The position numbers were made by a program, and so were the translations under genes. A model generated the notes under the pieces. That model searched no databases. It saw only the letters and a program-made list of their open reading frames with translations, and had not been told where the DNA came from. Below, one piece after another: positions 39,468-49,159 of a stretch of DNA of 64,000 nt. Position 1 is the first letter of the stretch; the number at the start of each line of letters is the position of its first letter. The stretch covers positions 229,134-293,133 of the forward strand of contig JBBDXF010000038.1 of the NCBI GenBank assembly GCA_040902485.1, read 5' to 3'. The stretch comes from Myxococcota bacterium (GTDB lineage Bacteria; Myxococcota_A; UBA9160; SZUA-336).

Positions 39468-40073
39468 CTACCGAATCTCCGGCAGGTGCGCGCGCAGGAC
39501 GGGCAGGAAGGCGCGCAGCGCCTGGCCGCGGTGGCTGACGGCGTTCTTGTCGGGGCGGTCGAGCTCGGCCATGGTGGCCTCGGGGAGGACCAGCGGGACG
39601 AACACGGGGTCGTAGCCGAAGCCGCCCTGCCCGCGCGGCGCGGCGGCGATCGTGCCCTCGCACACGCCGTGGGCGGCCGCGACGATCTCGCCGTCGGGGC
39701 GGGCGAGCGCCATGGCGCACACGAAGCGGGCGCGGCGGTCGGTCTTGCCCTCGAGCTCGCGCAAGAGCTTGGCGGTGTTGGCGGCGTCGTCGCCGTGCAC
39801 GCCCGCGTAGCGGGCGGAGCGCACGCCGGGCTCGCCGCCGAGCACGTCGACCTCGAGGCCGGAGTCGTCGGCGATCGTCCACAGCTTGGTCGCGCGCGCG
39901 GCGGCGGCGGCCTTGATGCGCGCGTTCTCGTCGAAGGTGGCGCCGGACTCGAGCACGTCGGCGGATTCGGGGTGACTCGCGAGTGTCTCGAGGTGGAGGC
40001 CCGTGCCGTCGAGAAGCTGACGCAGCTCGCGGAGCTTCCCCTCGTTGCGGGTGGCGACGAGCAGGGGCCGCAC
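39468..40073 (-). CDS. rdgB: non-canonical purine NTP pyrophosphatase (RdgB/HAM1 family)
   Basis: (V)RPLLVATRNEGKLRELRQLL...FGYDPVF. GTG start (or the TTG 6 nt upstream) overlaps the rph stop. Confidence 0.85.
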   Translation of the reverse strand: MRPLLVATRNEGKLRELRQLLDGTGLHLETLASHPESADVLESGATFDENARIKAAAAARATKLWTIADDSGLEVDVLGGEPGVRSARYAGVHGDDAANTAKLLRELEGKTDRRARFVCAMALARPDGEIVAAAHGVCEGTIAAAPRGQGGFGYDPVFVPLVLPEATMAELDRPDKNAVSHRGQALRAFLPVLRAHLPEIR

Positions 40074-40075
40074 GC

Positions 40076-40795
40076 TCAAGCGCCGAGCACTCTCGACTGG
40101 ATGCGCGCGAGCTCGCCGATGCCGTGCTCGGCCAGGTCGAGCATGCGGTCGAGGAGCTTGCGGTCGAAGGTCCCGCTCTCGCCCGTGCCCTGCACCTCGA
40201 CCAGCCGGCCGCTGCCGAGCTGCACCACGTTCATGTCGACCTCGGCGCGCGAGTCCTCGGCGTAGGGCAGGTCGAGCAGGATCTCGCCGTCCACGATCCC
40301 GACCGAGACCGCCGCCACCGAATCGTGTAGCGGCACGGACTTCAGCATCCCGACTTCGACCATCCGGCGCAGCGCGGCGGCGAGCGCGACGTAGCCGCCG
40401 GTGATCGCGGCGGTGCGCGTGCCGCCGTCGGCCTGCAGCACGTCGCAGTCGATGTAGATCGCGCGCTCGCCGAGCGCGGCGAGATCCATGACCGCGCGCA
40501 GCGAGCGGCCGATCAGGCGCTGGATCTCCTGCGTGCGGCCGGACACCTTGCCCTTCGAAGACTCGCGCTCGGTGCGCGTGTCGGTGGCGCCGGGCAGCAT
40601 CGAGTACTCGCCGGTGACCCAGCCGCGGCCGGAGCCGCGCAGCCAGGCGGGCACGGACTTCTCGATCGTCGCGGTGCACAGCACGAGCGTGCGGCCCTGG
40701 CGGATCAGCGCGCTGCCGGTCGGGTTCTCGGTGAAGCCGAGCTCGATCTCGACCTTGCGCAGCTCGTCAGGTGCGCGGCCGTCGAGTCGTTTCAT
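40076..40795 (-). CDS. rph: ribonuclease PH
   Basis: [45 protein letters not shown]...[23 protein letters not shown]. Confidence 0.92.
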   Translation of the reverse strand: MKRLDGRAPDELRKVEIELGFTENPTGSALIRQGRTLVLCTATIEKSVPAWLRGSGRGWVTGEYSMLPGATDTRTERESSKGKVSGRTQEIQRLIGRSLRAVMDLAALGERAIYIDCDVLQADGGTRTAAITGGYVALAAALRRMVEVGMLKSVPLHDSVAAVSVGIVDGEILLDLPYAEDSRAEVDMNVVQLGSGRLVEVQGTGESGTFDRKLLDRMLDLAEHGIGELARIQSRVLGA

Positions 40796-41616
40796 GGCTT
40801 CTCCTCCGCGGGTGTCGGCTCGGTCACGAGCCGCGCCGACGAATTCTGCATCATCGCTTCGCGGATCGCCGCCGCGAGCGCCTTGGCGATCGCGTCCTGG
40901 CGGTCGCGCTGGCCCATGCGCACGGCCTCGGACGGATTGGTGATGAAGCCGATCTCGACCAGCGCTGCGGGCATGTTCACCCCGGTCAGCACGACGAAGG
41001 GCGCCTGCTTCACGCCGCGGCTCTGCCCGGGCAGGCTCGCGAGCTGGCGCTGGATCATGGCCGCGAGCGCGCTCGACTCGCGCAGGTGCTCGGTGCGGAT
41101 CAGGTCGCCGAGGATCGCGCCCACCACGTCCGCGCCCTCGTCGGCCGTGCCCTCCTGCCCGAACACGTCGTTCTCGGTCATGGCCACGCGCATGGCCTCG
41201 TCGTCGCTCGCCTCCAAGGACAGGAAGTACGTCTCGGAGCCGGCGATCTCCGTCTCGGGCGCCGAGTTCGCGTGGATCGACACGAACAGCGTCGCTTGCG
41301 AGCGGTTCGCGATCTCGGTGCGCTCGGAGAGCGCGACGAACGCGTCGCTCGTGCGCGTGAGGACGACCTCGAAACCGCCCTGCGCGCGCAACAGCTTCGC
41401 GAGGCGCTTCGCGACCGCGAGCGTGAGCTCCTTCTCGAGCACGCCGTTGGGGCCACGCGCGCCGAGGTCCGCGCCGCCGTGACCCGGATCGATCACCACC
41501 GTCCCGGCGATCGCCGCGGCCGCCTGGGCCGCCTCGGCAGCAAACAGACGCGGCGCGACGAGCAGCGCGCACACGACGCCCCACGCGAGCACGGTGCCGA
41601 CACCGATCCGGCTCAC
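40792..41616 (-). CDS. N-acetylmuramoyl-L-alanine amidase (Amidase_3 family)
   Basis: Signal peptide then [32 protein letters not shown]...[10 protein letters not shown] is typical of AmiC/Amidase_3. GTG start overlaps the exonuclease stop (GTGA). Its stop overlaps the rph start (ATGA). Confidence 0.8.
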   Translation of the reverse strand: MSRIGVGTVLAWGVVCALLVAPRLFAAEAAQAAAAIAGTVVIDPGHGGADLGARGPNGVLEKELTLAVAKRLAKLLRAQGGFEVVLTRTSDAFVALSERTEIANRSQATLFVSIHANSAPETEIAGSETYFLSLEASDDEAMRVAMTENDVFGQEGTADEGADVVGAILGDLIRTEHLRESSALAAMIQRQLASLPGQSRGVKQAPFVVLTGVNMPAALVEIGFITNPSEAVRMGQRDRQDAIAKALAAAIREAMMQNSSARLVTEPTPAEEKP

Positions 41617-42386
41617 CCCGCGCTCTCCACCACGCGCACGCGCGAGCGCGCCGGCTTCGGCGGCGTCGCCTTCACCTGCGCGAGCTTGCGCAGCCGCTCG
41701 AGCGTGTGCACGCCGCCGAGCCTGGCGCGCGCGAGCAGCTCGATCCACAGGTCGGTGGTCATCTCCGCGTCGCCGAGCGCGCGGTGGCGCGCCCGCTCGG
41801 GAATCGACAGCTGCTCGACCAGCGCGTCGAGCCCGTAGCGGGGCGCGCGCACGAAGCGACGCGCCAGCCGCACCGAGCACAGGAAATCCGGCAGCGCCGG
41901 CACGCGCCCGTGCTCGCGCCACGCGCGCGCCAGGAAGCCGCGGTCGAAGCGCGCGTTGTGCGCGACCAGCACGTCGACACGATGCTCGGCCAGGAACGCG
42001 GCGAACGCAGCGAGCGCCTCGCCTTCGCAGGGTGCGCCTTCGAGACACGCGTCGTCGATGCCCGTGAGCGCGGTGATTCCCGACGGCACCGGCCCGCCCA
42101 CGTCGACGAGCGAGCCGAACGTGCCGAGCACGCGCCCGCCTTGCAGGGCGACGGCGCCGATCTCGAGGATGCGGCAGTCCGCCGGCGACAGACCGGTCGT
42201 CTCGAGATCGACGATCCCGAACACCGCGCGCTCGAGCGAGAGCCCGCTGCGCGCCTCGAGCTCGCACGCGACACGCGCGCCCAGGCCCGCCTCGGCCCAG
42301 CGCGGCAAGCCGAGCCCGTCGGGCACCCGCAGCCACGTCCGCACGTGGTCCGTGCGAAGGAGCGAGTCTTGCTCGCGTTCGCTCAC
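41613..42386 (-). CDS. 3'-5' exonuclease, DnaQ/DEDD family
   Basis: [25 protein letters not shown] (Exo I motif) ...[10 protein letters not shown]...[10 protein letters not shown] (Exo II/III motifs). GTG start. Confidence 0.8.
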   Translation of the reverse strand: MSEREQDSLLRTDHVRTWLRVPDGLGLPRWAEAGLGARVACELEARSGLSLERAVFGIVDLETTGLSPADCRILEIGAVALQGGRVLGTFGSLVDVGGPVPSGITALTGIDDACLEGAPCEGEALAAFAAFLAEHRVDVLVAHNARFDRGFLARAWREHGRVPALPDFLCSVRLARRFVRAPRYGLDALVEQLSIPERARHRALGDAEMTTDLWIELLARARLGGVHTLERLRKLAQVKATPPKPARSRVRVVESAG

Positions 42387-42435
42387 GTTCTCCCCCCGGT
42401 GTCCACCGTAGCAGCGGTCTCTTCGATCCTCTACT

Positions 42436-43854
42436 GTGGCCCGAGATCCCCGAGGCATGATGCGCGCACCCCTCGCTGTCCTTCTCACCCTGCTCGGTGC
42501 GGTCGTGTGCGCGGATGCGTTCGCCGCCGATCCGCTCGCGAAGCCGAAGAGCGATCCCGCGACCAAGCCGAAGAAGACGGCCGAGAAGCCGCCCGAGCTC
42601 CTGCTCGAGATCGACTCACCCAGCAACGGCGCCGTGATCGGCGACCCGATGGGCTCGGCCTTCGTCTCGGGCAAGGCGCTCGCGCTGTTCGGCGAGTATC
42701 AGACCTTCGACATCGTGTTCGTGGTCGACACCTCGGACAGCACCGCCGCCCCGTCGGGCGCGGACATCGACGGCGACGGCGTGATCGGCGAACGGCGCGG
42801 CGAGAAATTCCTCTCGATCCTCGGACGCGTGCTGCCCCTGCCCAACAGCGACAAGGAGGACAGCATCCTCGCGGCCGAGGTCGCGGGCGTGCGCGAGCTG
42901 CTGAGGCAGCTCGACCCGCGCACCACGCGCGTGGGCATCGTCGCGTTCTCGGGCGACAACGACGCGCTCACCCCCGACGCCTACACGGAGGTGCCGCTCA
43001 CCACGGACTACGCCAAGGCCGAGGCCGGCCTCGACGACATCTTCCGGCGCGGCCCGAAGGGCCTCACGAACATGGTCTCGGCCGTGAACCTGGCGACCAT
43101 CGAGCTGCTCGGCTCACAGAGCGCGTACAGCACCAAACGCGAGGGCGCCAAGCGCGTGATCATGTTCCTGACCGACGGCCAGCCCACGCTGCCGCTCGAG
43201 AACTCGCAGCTCCAGAACGCGAAGATGGCGATCCAGCAGGCGGTGCGCGCGGCCAAGCTCGACGTGCGCATCGACACCTTCGCGATCGGCGAGGACGCGC
43301 TCTCCGAGCCCGTGGTGGTGGTCGAGATGGCGCGCGTCACGAGCGGCGTGTTCACGCCGGTGAAGAACCCGAAGGATCTGCGCGCGATCTTCGAGGACGT
43401 GAGCTTCTCCGACATCGACGAGCTCAGGGTGCGCAACAAGACCACCGACGTGCCCGCAGCCGAGCTGATCACGAATCCCGACGGCAGCTTCTCGGCGCTG
43501 CTCCCGATGAAGGTCGGCGAGAACGTGATCGAGGCCTACGCGCGCTCGACCGACGGCACGGCCGGACGGCGCGAGATCACGGTCAAGTTCCTGGAGGGCG
43601 CCGAGGCGCAGGCGCTCACGCCGCGCATGGTCGCGCAGCGCAACCGGCTGCTCGAGAACCGCCTGCTCGCGCTGCAGCGCCGCCGCGTCGAGATCAAGGC
43701 CGACGCCGACGAGGAAGTGCGGCGCGATCTTCAGGTCGAGATCGAGAAGGAGCGGGAACAGGCCCAGAAGGCCGCCGAGAAGATGCGCAAGGAGATCGAG
43801 CTCAGCGTCGAGAGGCAGGAGCAGGCCGAGAGGCAGCGCGCTCCCGCTCCCTGA
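42436..43854 (+). CDS. secreted von Willebrand factor A domain protein with charged coiled-coil C-terminal tail
   Basis: Signal peptide MMRAPLAVLLTLLGAVVCADA. MIDAS DIVFVVDTSDST. C-terminal ...RRVEIKADADEEVRRDLQVEIEKEREQAQKAAEKMRKEIE... Start at 42436 or 42457. Confidence 0.8.
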   Translation: MARDPRGMMRAPLAVLLTLLGAVVCADAFAADPLAKPKSDPATKPKKTAEKPPELLLEIDSPSNGAVIGDPMGSAFVSGKALALFGEYQTFDIVFVVDTSDSTAAPSGADIDGDGVIGERRGEKFLSILGRVLPLPNSDKEDSILAAEVAGVRELLRQLDPRTTRVGIVAFSGDNDALTPDAYTEVPLTTDYAKAEAGLDDIFRRGPKGLTNMVSAVNLATIELLGSQSAYSTKREGAKRVIMFLTDGQPTLPLENSQLQNAKMAIQQAVRAAKLDVRIDTFAIGEDALSEPVVVVEMARVTSGVFTPVKNPKDLRAIFEDVSFSDIDELRVRNKTTDVPAAELITNPDGSFSALLPMKVGENVIEAYARSTDGTAGRREITVKFLEGAEAQALTPRMVAQRNRLLENRLLALQRRRVEIKADADEEVRRDLQVEIEKEREQAQKAAEKMRKEIELSVERQEQAERQRAPAP

Positions 43855-44293
43855 GCAGCGCGCGGCGCCTCCTGGCGTAGCGCGCGAACGCCTTCGGGCG
43901 CTGGGCCTGCATGAAGCCGAGCAGGTCCTCGAAGGTGCGGAAGTAGTGCTTCCAGCCCTGCAGGCCCGAGCTCTTCTCGCAGTCCGTCCAGGAGAACTCC
44001 GAGCAGACCACCGGCCGGTCCACGTAGATCGCGCAGGTCTTGGCCTCGGTCAGGTTGCGGCAACGGGTCTGGAACTCCAGGTACCAGTCGCCCTCCCAGT
44101 CGATGTACACCGCGACGTTCTCGTGCGTCAGGTACCAGTAGACGTTCTCGTACTGCTTGAAGGTCGACGGGTCGTCGATCTGCGTGGCGATGTAGGTGCA
44201 GCACGCGCCGCAGCCCGAGCAGGGATGGGCGCCGGGCAGGCTCACGAGCGGCAGGTCGAGCGAGGCGGGCCGCGCTCCGGAATCGTCGGTCAA
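43802..44293 (-). CDS. YkgJ-family (CxxCxxCC) zinc/iron-chelating domain protein
   Basis: HPCSGCGACCTYI...CRNL...CAIYVDRPVVCSEF matches UPF0153/YkgJ. TTG start after GGAGAAA. The C-terminal 17 codons overlap the convergent VWA gene. Confidence 0.65.
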   Translation of the reverse strand: MTDDSGARPASLDLPLVSLPGAHPCSGCGACCTYIATQIDDPSTFKQYENVYWYLTHENVAVYIDWEGDWYLEFQTRCRNLTEAKTCAIYVDRPVVCSEFSWTDCEKSSGLQGWKHYFRTFEDLLGFMQAQRPKAFARYARRRRALLRERERAASRPAPASRR

Positions 44294-45168
44294 GGTTTCT
44301 CCAATTCGGGACGCGGCCGGCCCCAGAAGACCCGGGGCACATCGAACTTCGCGAACTGCTCGACCCGCTCCTGGCGGATCGCGGCGAGCTCGGTCCACTC
44401 GCTCGAGCCGTCGAGCACGGCGCGGATGCGCTCCTCGACCGTCAGGTAGGCGACCTGGCTCGGCGTCGCGAGCGTGCGCCGCGCGGCCAGCCGCACGCCG
44501 AGCTCCGCGACACAGCGCTGCTCGAGCGCGACCGCGGCGCGCAAGGCTGCATCGGGCTCGGCCTCGCCCACCAGGTACAGACGCTCGCCCAGCCAGGGCA
44601 GCAGGATCTCCGTCCAGGTGCGGTCGTCGAGCGGCCCGCGCGCGAGCTCGCCCGCGTCGAGGTCGCCGGGATCGAGCGAGGCCAGGCGCTCGAGCGCGCG
44701 CTCGCGCCGCTCGCAGGCGCGTTCGAAGCGGCGGTCCAGAGCCCCTGCGCGAAGCCGCGCGCGCAGCGCTTCGATCCGGTCGGGAACGCTGGCCAGGAAG
44801 CCCTGCGCCGGCTCGACCAGGTTCGGGTCGGGCACGTCGCCGGAGACGCGCGCGCGCATGCGCTCCCAGGCGTGCGCGTTCAGCGCGATGCGCCCGTAGT
44901 GGATCGCGACCCAGCGCGTCGGGCGCACGCGCGGCTGCAGGCCGAGCGTCTGCCAGATCTCGATCTGGGTCTGCTCGATCGGGTTGCCGAGCCGCGACCA
45001 CATCGACGGTGTGGCGATGCCGTCGAGCGGAGCGCCGAGCGGCTCGCGCGTCTGGCCGGGGTACATCGCGTCGGGCGGTGTCGAGATCGGGTACGCGGGG
45101 TCGTGCGCGCCTTCTGGCACGAGCTGTGGCAGGAACGGAGGATCGAGTCGCTCGTCGACCAGCGGCAT
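44290..45168 (-). CDS. hypothetical protein (292 aa)
   Basis: ATG start MPLVDERLDPPF.... No confident family. Its stop overlaps the YkgJ start (TTGA). Confidence 0.5.
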   Translation of the reverse strand: MPLVDERLDPPFLPQLVPEGAHDPAYPISTPPDAMYPGQTREPLGAPLDGIATPSMWSRLGNPIEQTQIEIWQTLGLQPRVRPTRWVAIHYGRIALNAHAWERMRARVSGDVPDPNLVEPAQGFLASVPDRIEALRARLRAGALDRRFERACERRERALERLASLDPGDLDAGELARGPLDDRTWTEILLPWLGERLYLVGEAEPDAALRAAVALEQRCVAELGVRLAARRTLATPSQVAYLTVEERIRAVLDGSSEWTELAAIRQERVEQFAKFDVPRVFWGRPRPELEKP

Positions 45169-45188
45169 GGCCCGAAAATAGCGGGGAC

Positions 45189-45848
45189 TCAGCGCTGTGC
45201 TACGGCCCCCGCTGTCGGAGTCTCTTCGACCCGGTAGTGGCGGGCCTCGTCGAAGATCTCGATCGGGCTCCAGGTCGGCACGTCGGAGAGCCGCACCAGC
45301 CGATCGGTGACCACGCCGGTCGGATCGAGCAGCCAGGGGTTGCTCTTGTCGCCGGCCTCGAACCAGAGCGTCACCATGTGGTGCTGGCCGCTGTCGCGCT
45401 CGACCACGATCGAGCGGAAGATCTCGTTCTGCGCGAAGCCGAGCTTGCGCAGCAGCATGAAGGTGAGCAGGTCGAGCCCGTCGCAGTCGTCGCCGTTGGT
45501 CGCGACCACATCCGAGTAGGTGGCCCAGTGATCGGTCTCGCCATCGGGGATGTAGTGCCGGTGGCTCTCGGACTGGATGAAGGCCACCGCGTCGGCCGCG
45601 ATCCTGCGCCGCATGTCGATCGTGAAGGCGTCGTAGGCCACGATCAGCTCCGACGCGGCGGCCGGCGCCTGGGCCGGGGCCTGCGCCTGGTCGAGCTTGT
45701 GGCGGCTCTGCCAGTTCCGAATCTTCGCGTTCCAGGGATCCTCGCGCGGGGCCGCGACGAAGAAATCGCGCGCAACACCCGGCAGGAAGCGCGCGTTCTG
45801 CGCGCAAGAGAGGAGCGTGAGGGCCGCGAGGGCGATGCCAAGACCCAT
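45189..45848 (-). CDS. lipoprotein, transglutaminase-like cysteine peptidase (BTLCP)-like
   Basis: Lipobox ALTLLSCAQ. GDDCDGLDLLTFMLLRKLGF resembles the BTLCP active-site Cys region (GDCEDYA-like). The assignment is tentative. Confidence 0.5.
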   Translation of the reverse strand: MGLGIALAALTLLSCAQNARFLPGVARDFFVAAPREDPWNAKIRNWQSRHKLDQAQAPAQAPAAASELIVAYDAFTIDMRRRIAADAVAFIQSESHRHYIPDGETDHWATYSDVVATNGDDCDGLDLLTFMLLRKLGFAQNEIFRSIVVERDSGQHHMVTLWFEAGDKSNPWLLDPTGVVTDRLVRLSDVPTWSPIEIFDEARHYRVEETPTAGAVAQR

Positions 45849-45945
45849 TCTGCGCAAGCCGCACTCTCCTCGACTCGCAGGCGCCGTCTGCGAATCGCCC
45901 CTCTCCAGTGCTGCAGATCGGCCCCGGAGGAAGCCGGCTTGAGAT

Positions 45946-47208
45946 TCAGAAGTAGACGTCGATCCGGGCGAAGTAGAGCGGGTCCAGGCCCCCGAAGTTG
46001 CCCTCCCCGTCCCGGCCGCCGAAGAACTGCGCGCCGACCGAGAGCTCGACACTTTGGAGCGCCGACCAGCTGACGACCGGGAAGAGCGCCTCGCTCGGGC
46101 CCTCCCAGTCGTGGATCCAGAGCAGGTCCAGCCGCACCAGCGGCGTCAGGTCGTAGCCAAGGTTCAGGCCCGTCTGGTTGCGCGAGACGGTCACCAGCTG
46201 CGAGGTCGGGACTACACCCGCCTGCGTCAGCAGCGCGAGGCCCTGGTCCGGGGTGAGCGGCGGCAGCGCGAAGAGCGTGTCGCGCAGCGCGTCGCGCGAG
46301 ACGGTGTTGCCGTTGTAGAAGTGCTCGACCAGCGCGTACAGGCCCGCGCCGAGGTCGAAGGTGTAGTCGAGCGAGGCCACCGCTTGCGTGGTGTGGCCGC
46401 CGTGCTCGTGGAAGGTCCACGTGCCCTCGCCGCGCAGCGCTGCGTCGCCGAGGTTCGTCGCGAAGTCGAAGCCGTACACGGAGTCGGTCTGGATGCGCGC
46501 GAACATCAGCGCCGCGTCCAGGCTGCGGCGCGAGAGCTCGAGCCGCAGCGCGCTGCGGTACAGGTCGTCGCGGTCCTGCGGCGCCACGATCGCGCTCGCC
46601 CAGAGCTCGCCCGCGACGCGCACGCGCGTGACCACCGAGTCGACGCCGATGCGCTGGTCGCCTTCGAGCGCGAGCGGCGGGATCGGGTTGAACAGGTCCG
46701 TCGGGTTCCACAGCCGCGCGCGTCCGAGCGCGATGCGCTGCCGGCCCACGGTGATCTCGACGTCGTCGCCCTCGTAGCGCACCCAGCCGCGGTACAAGAG
46801 GTGCTGCCAGGTGGCGTTGTGCGTGTCGGAGAGCGTGCGGTCGAGGTCGAGCCAGGTCTCGTGGCCGCGCTCTTCGGCGAGCGAGAAGCCGAGCGACTTG
46901 CGGCCCGTGCCGGTGAAGACCTCGTTGTCGTAGGAGAGCTGCGCGGAGAAGCGCTCGCGGTAGCGGGCCTGCAGGTCGACGCGCACGCGCGTCTGCGCGA
47001 GCAGGCTCGGCGAGACGCCGAGCGAGAACGTGCCGTCGGGCGCGGGGAAGACCTCGTCCGTGCGCATTTCCCGGGTCATGGCGACGAGCTCGCGCAGGCT
47101 CGCCGTGAGGTCGAGCTTCAAGTCGCCCGTGTCGAACTCGGCCGCGCGCGCCGCGCCGGCTTCGAGCAGCGCGGCGAGCGCGAGCGCCGCGCGGGCGGCG
47201 AACCTCAC
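45946..47208 (-). CDS. outer-membrane beta-barrel protein (hypothetical)
   Basis: Signal peptide VRFAARAALALAALLEAGAARAA. Alternating amphipathic strands. C-terminal ...YFARIDVYF ends in an aromatic residue. GTG start overlaps the upstream ABC ATPase stop. Confidence 0.65.
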   Translation of the reverse strand: MRFAARAALALAALLEAGAARAAEFDTGDLKLDLTASLRELVAMTREMRTDEVFPAPDGTFSLGVSPSLLAQTRVRVDLQARYRERFSAQLSYDNEVFTGTGRKSLGFSLAEERGHETWLDLDRTLSDTHNATWQHLLYRGWVRYEGDDVEITVGRQRIALGRARLWNPTDLFNPIPPLALEGDQRIGVDSVVTRVRVAGELWASAIVAPQDRDDLYRSALRLELSRRSLDAALMFARIQTDSVYGFDFATNLGDAALRGEGTWTFHEHGGHTTQAVASLDYTFDLGAGLYALVEHFYNGNTVSRDALRDTLFALPPLTPDQGLALLTQAGVVPTSQLVTVSRNQTGLNLGYDLTPLVRLDLLWIHDWEGPSEALFPVVSWSALQSVELSVGAQFFGGRDGEGNFGGLDPLYFARIDVYF

Positions 47209-47903
47209 GGGGTGCGCCGCTCGTCGCTCGCGATGCAGCCATCGACGAGCCGCACGATGCGCCGCGCGTGCGCCATCACGCGCGGGTCGTGCGTGCTGAA
47301 CAGGAACGTGACGCCGCGGTCCTGGTTCATCTGCAGCATGAGCGCCAGCAGGTCCTCGGCGGTCTTCGAGTCGAGGTTCGCGGTCGGCTCGTCGGCCAGC
47401 ACGATCTCGGGCTCGGACGCGATGGCGCGCGCGACCGCGACCCGCTGCTGCTGGCCGCCGCTCATCTCGCCCGGGCGCTTGTGCGCGAGCTCGCCGAGCC
47501 CGAGCTCTTCCAGGAACCGCAGCGCGCGCGCACGGCGCTCCGCGCGCGGCACGCCCTGCAGCAGCAGCACGAACTCGACGTTCTCCACCGCCGAGAGCAC
47601 CGGCACCAGGTTGTAGGACTGGAACACGAAGCCGAGCTTGCGCAGGCGCAGCTCCGCGCGCGCGGCCTCGCCCATGTCGGTGGTGTCCTCGCCGTCGACC
47701 AGGATCCGGCCCTCGGTCGGCCGGTCGAGCGTGCCGAGCAGGTTCAAGAGCGTCGTCTTGCCCGAGCCCGAAGGCCCGCACAGCGCCGAGAACTCGCCGC
47801 CCTCGATCCCGATCGACACGGCGTCGAGCGCGCGCGTCTCGAGCGCGCCCGCGCGGTAGATCTTCGTCGCCTCGACCGCTGCCAGGATGGGGCGCGCCAA
47901 CAT
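47205..47903 (-). CDS. ABC transporter ATP-binding protein (LolD/MacB-ATPase-like)
   Basis: Walker A GPSGSGKTT. Signature LSGGQQQRVAVARA. Walker B ILLADEP. Confidence 0.9.
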   Translation of the reverse strand: MLARPILAAVEATKIYRAGALETRALDAVSIGIEGGEFSALCGPSGSGKTTLLNLLGTLDRPTEGRILVDGEDTTDMGEAARAELRLRKLGFVFQSYNLVPVLSAVENVEFVLLLQGVPRAERRARALRFLEELGLGELAHKRPGEMSGGQQQRVAVARAIASEPEIVLADEPTANLDSKTAEDLLALMLQMNQDRGVTFLFSTHDPRVMAHARRIVRLVDGCIASDERRTP

Positions 47904-47909
47904 CGTCTC

Positions 47910-49157
47910 CTAAATGTGTCGGATCGCTTCGGCCGGGCGCAGGCGCACGGCCTTCCAGGCCGGCCAGAGCGCGGCCAGCACCGCGGTGATCAGCGCGACC
48001 ACGACCGGCAGGATCAGGTCGCGCCGCTCGATGCGCGTGTACACGGTCGTGCCGATGCCGAACTCGGTCAGGCCGTCGGCGAAGCGGGTCAGGTCGATGC
48101 CGACCTCGCCGAGCCAGAGCACGATCGGAACCCCGACCGCCAGCCCGATCAGCGTCCCGGCCACCGTCATCACGATCGACTCGAGCAGCACCAGCGCCAG
48201 CAGCCGGCTCGACTGCAGGCCGAGCGCGCGCAGCATGCCGAACTCGCGGATGCGCTCGTAGACCATCATCAAGAGCGCGTTCGCGATCCCGAACGCCATC
48301 GCCACGAAGACCGCGCCGTAGATGACCCAGGTCATGTCGGCCATCAGGCCGAGCAGCGCCGCCATGCGCGGCTCGCGCTCCTTCCAGGTCAGCACGTCGA
48401 GCGCGGCGTCGGGCAACGCGGCGGCGAGCGCGGCCCGGGCCGTGGCGTGCAGCTCCGGCAGGCGGTCGGGATCGTCGAGCAGCACCGCGACCTCGGTCAC
48501 GCGGTCGGGCACGGACAGGAGCCGCTGCGCGTCCTCGAGGCGCAGGTACGCGTGGCTGCGGTCGAACTCCGACGACGAGCTGCGGAAGATGCCCGACACG
48601 CGGAACGCGCCGAGCCCGACCTCGCCGGGCGCGTGCACCACCACCTTGTCGCCGAGCTTCACGCGCAGCCGCTCGGCCATGGCCGCGCCGATGGCGATGC
48701 CCGGAAGGCGCCGCGAGCCGGTCGTCACGAGCGGCACCGGCAGCTTGCCCTCGACCAGCGCGCGAGAGAGGATCGAGACGCGTTGCTCGCGCAGCGGATC
48801 GACGCCGACCAGCACGACCCGCGAGCTGCGCCGCGCGCTCTGCAGCAGGCCGTCGCCGACCAGGCGCGGAGAAGCGTGCGCGCCGGGGAAGCGCTCCAGC
48901 GCCTCGACGATCGCGCGCCCGCTGTCGGGCAGGTTGCGCTGCACGTCGGGGTTCTTCTGGTAGCCCGACGCGAGCACGGCCAGGTGCCCGAGCCGCGTCG
49001 AGACGGCGTTGTCGACCATCTGGCGCACGAGCCCGTTGCTCCAGCCGACCAGCAGGAGACACGCCGAGAGCCCGACCGTGATCGCGACCAGCACGACGGC
49101 GCTGCGCCGCCAGCCGCGCAGCAGGTTCCGCCAGGCGATCACGAACAGCGTCGTCAC
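47910..49157 (-). CDS. ABC transporter permease, FtsX-like (LolC/E-type)
   Basis: N-terminal TM, large periplasmic domain, then three C-terminal TM helices of FtsX topology (…LRALGLQSSRLLALVLLESIVMTVAG…). Confidence 0.8.
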   Translation of the reverse strand: MTTLFVIAWRNLLRGWRRSAVVLVAITVGLSACLLLVGWSNGLVRQMVDNAVSTRLGHLAVLASGYQKNPDVQRNLPDSGRAIVEALERFPGAHASPRLVGDGLLQSARRSSRVVLVGVDPLREQRVSILSRALVEGKLPVPLVTTGSRRLPGIAIGAAMAERLRVKLGDKVVVHAPGEVGLGAFRVSGIFRSSSSEFDRSHAYLRLEDAQRLLSVPDRVTEVAVLLDDPDRLPELHATARAALAAALPDAALDVLTWKEREPRMAALLGLMADMTWVIYGAVFVAMAFGIANALLMMVYERIREFGMLRALGLQSSRLLALVLLESIVMTVAGTLIGLAVGVPIVLWLGEVGIDLTRFADGLTEFGIGTTVYTRIERRDLILPVVVALITAVLAALWPAWKAVRLRPAEAIRHI

Positions 49158-49159
49158 GT

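Noticed and set aside
44290-45168. Weak resemblance of the 292-aa hypothetical to the N-terminal region of PEP-utilising enzymes.
   Set aside because: The similarity rests on short, low-confidence motifs only (…TLATPSQVAYLTVEE…), so it is left as hypothetical.
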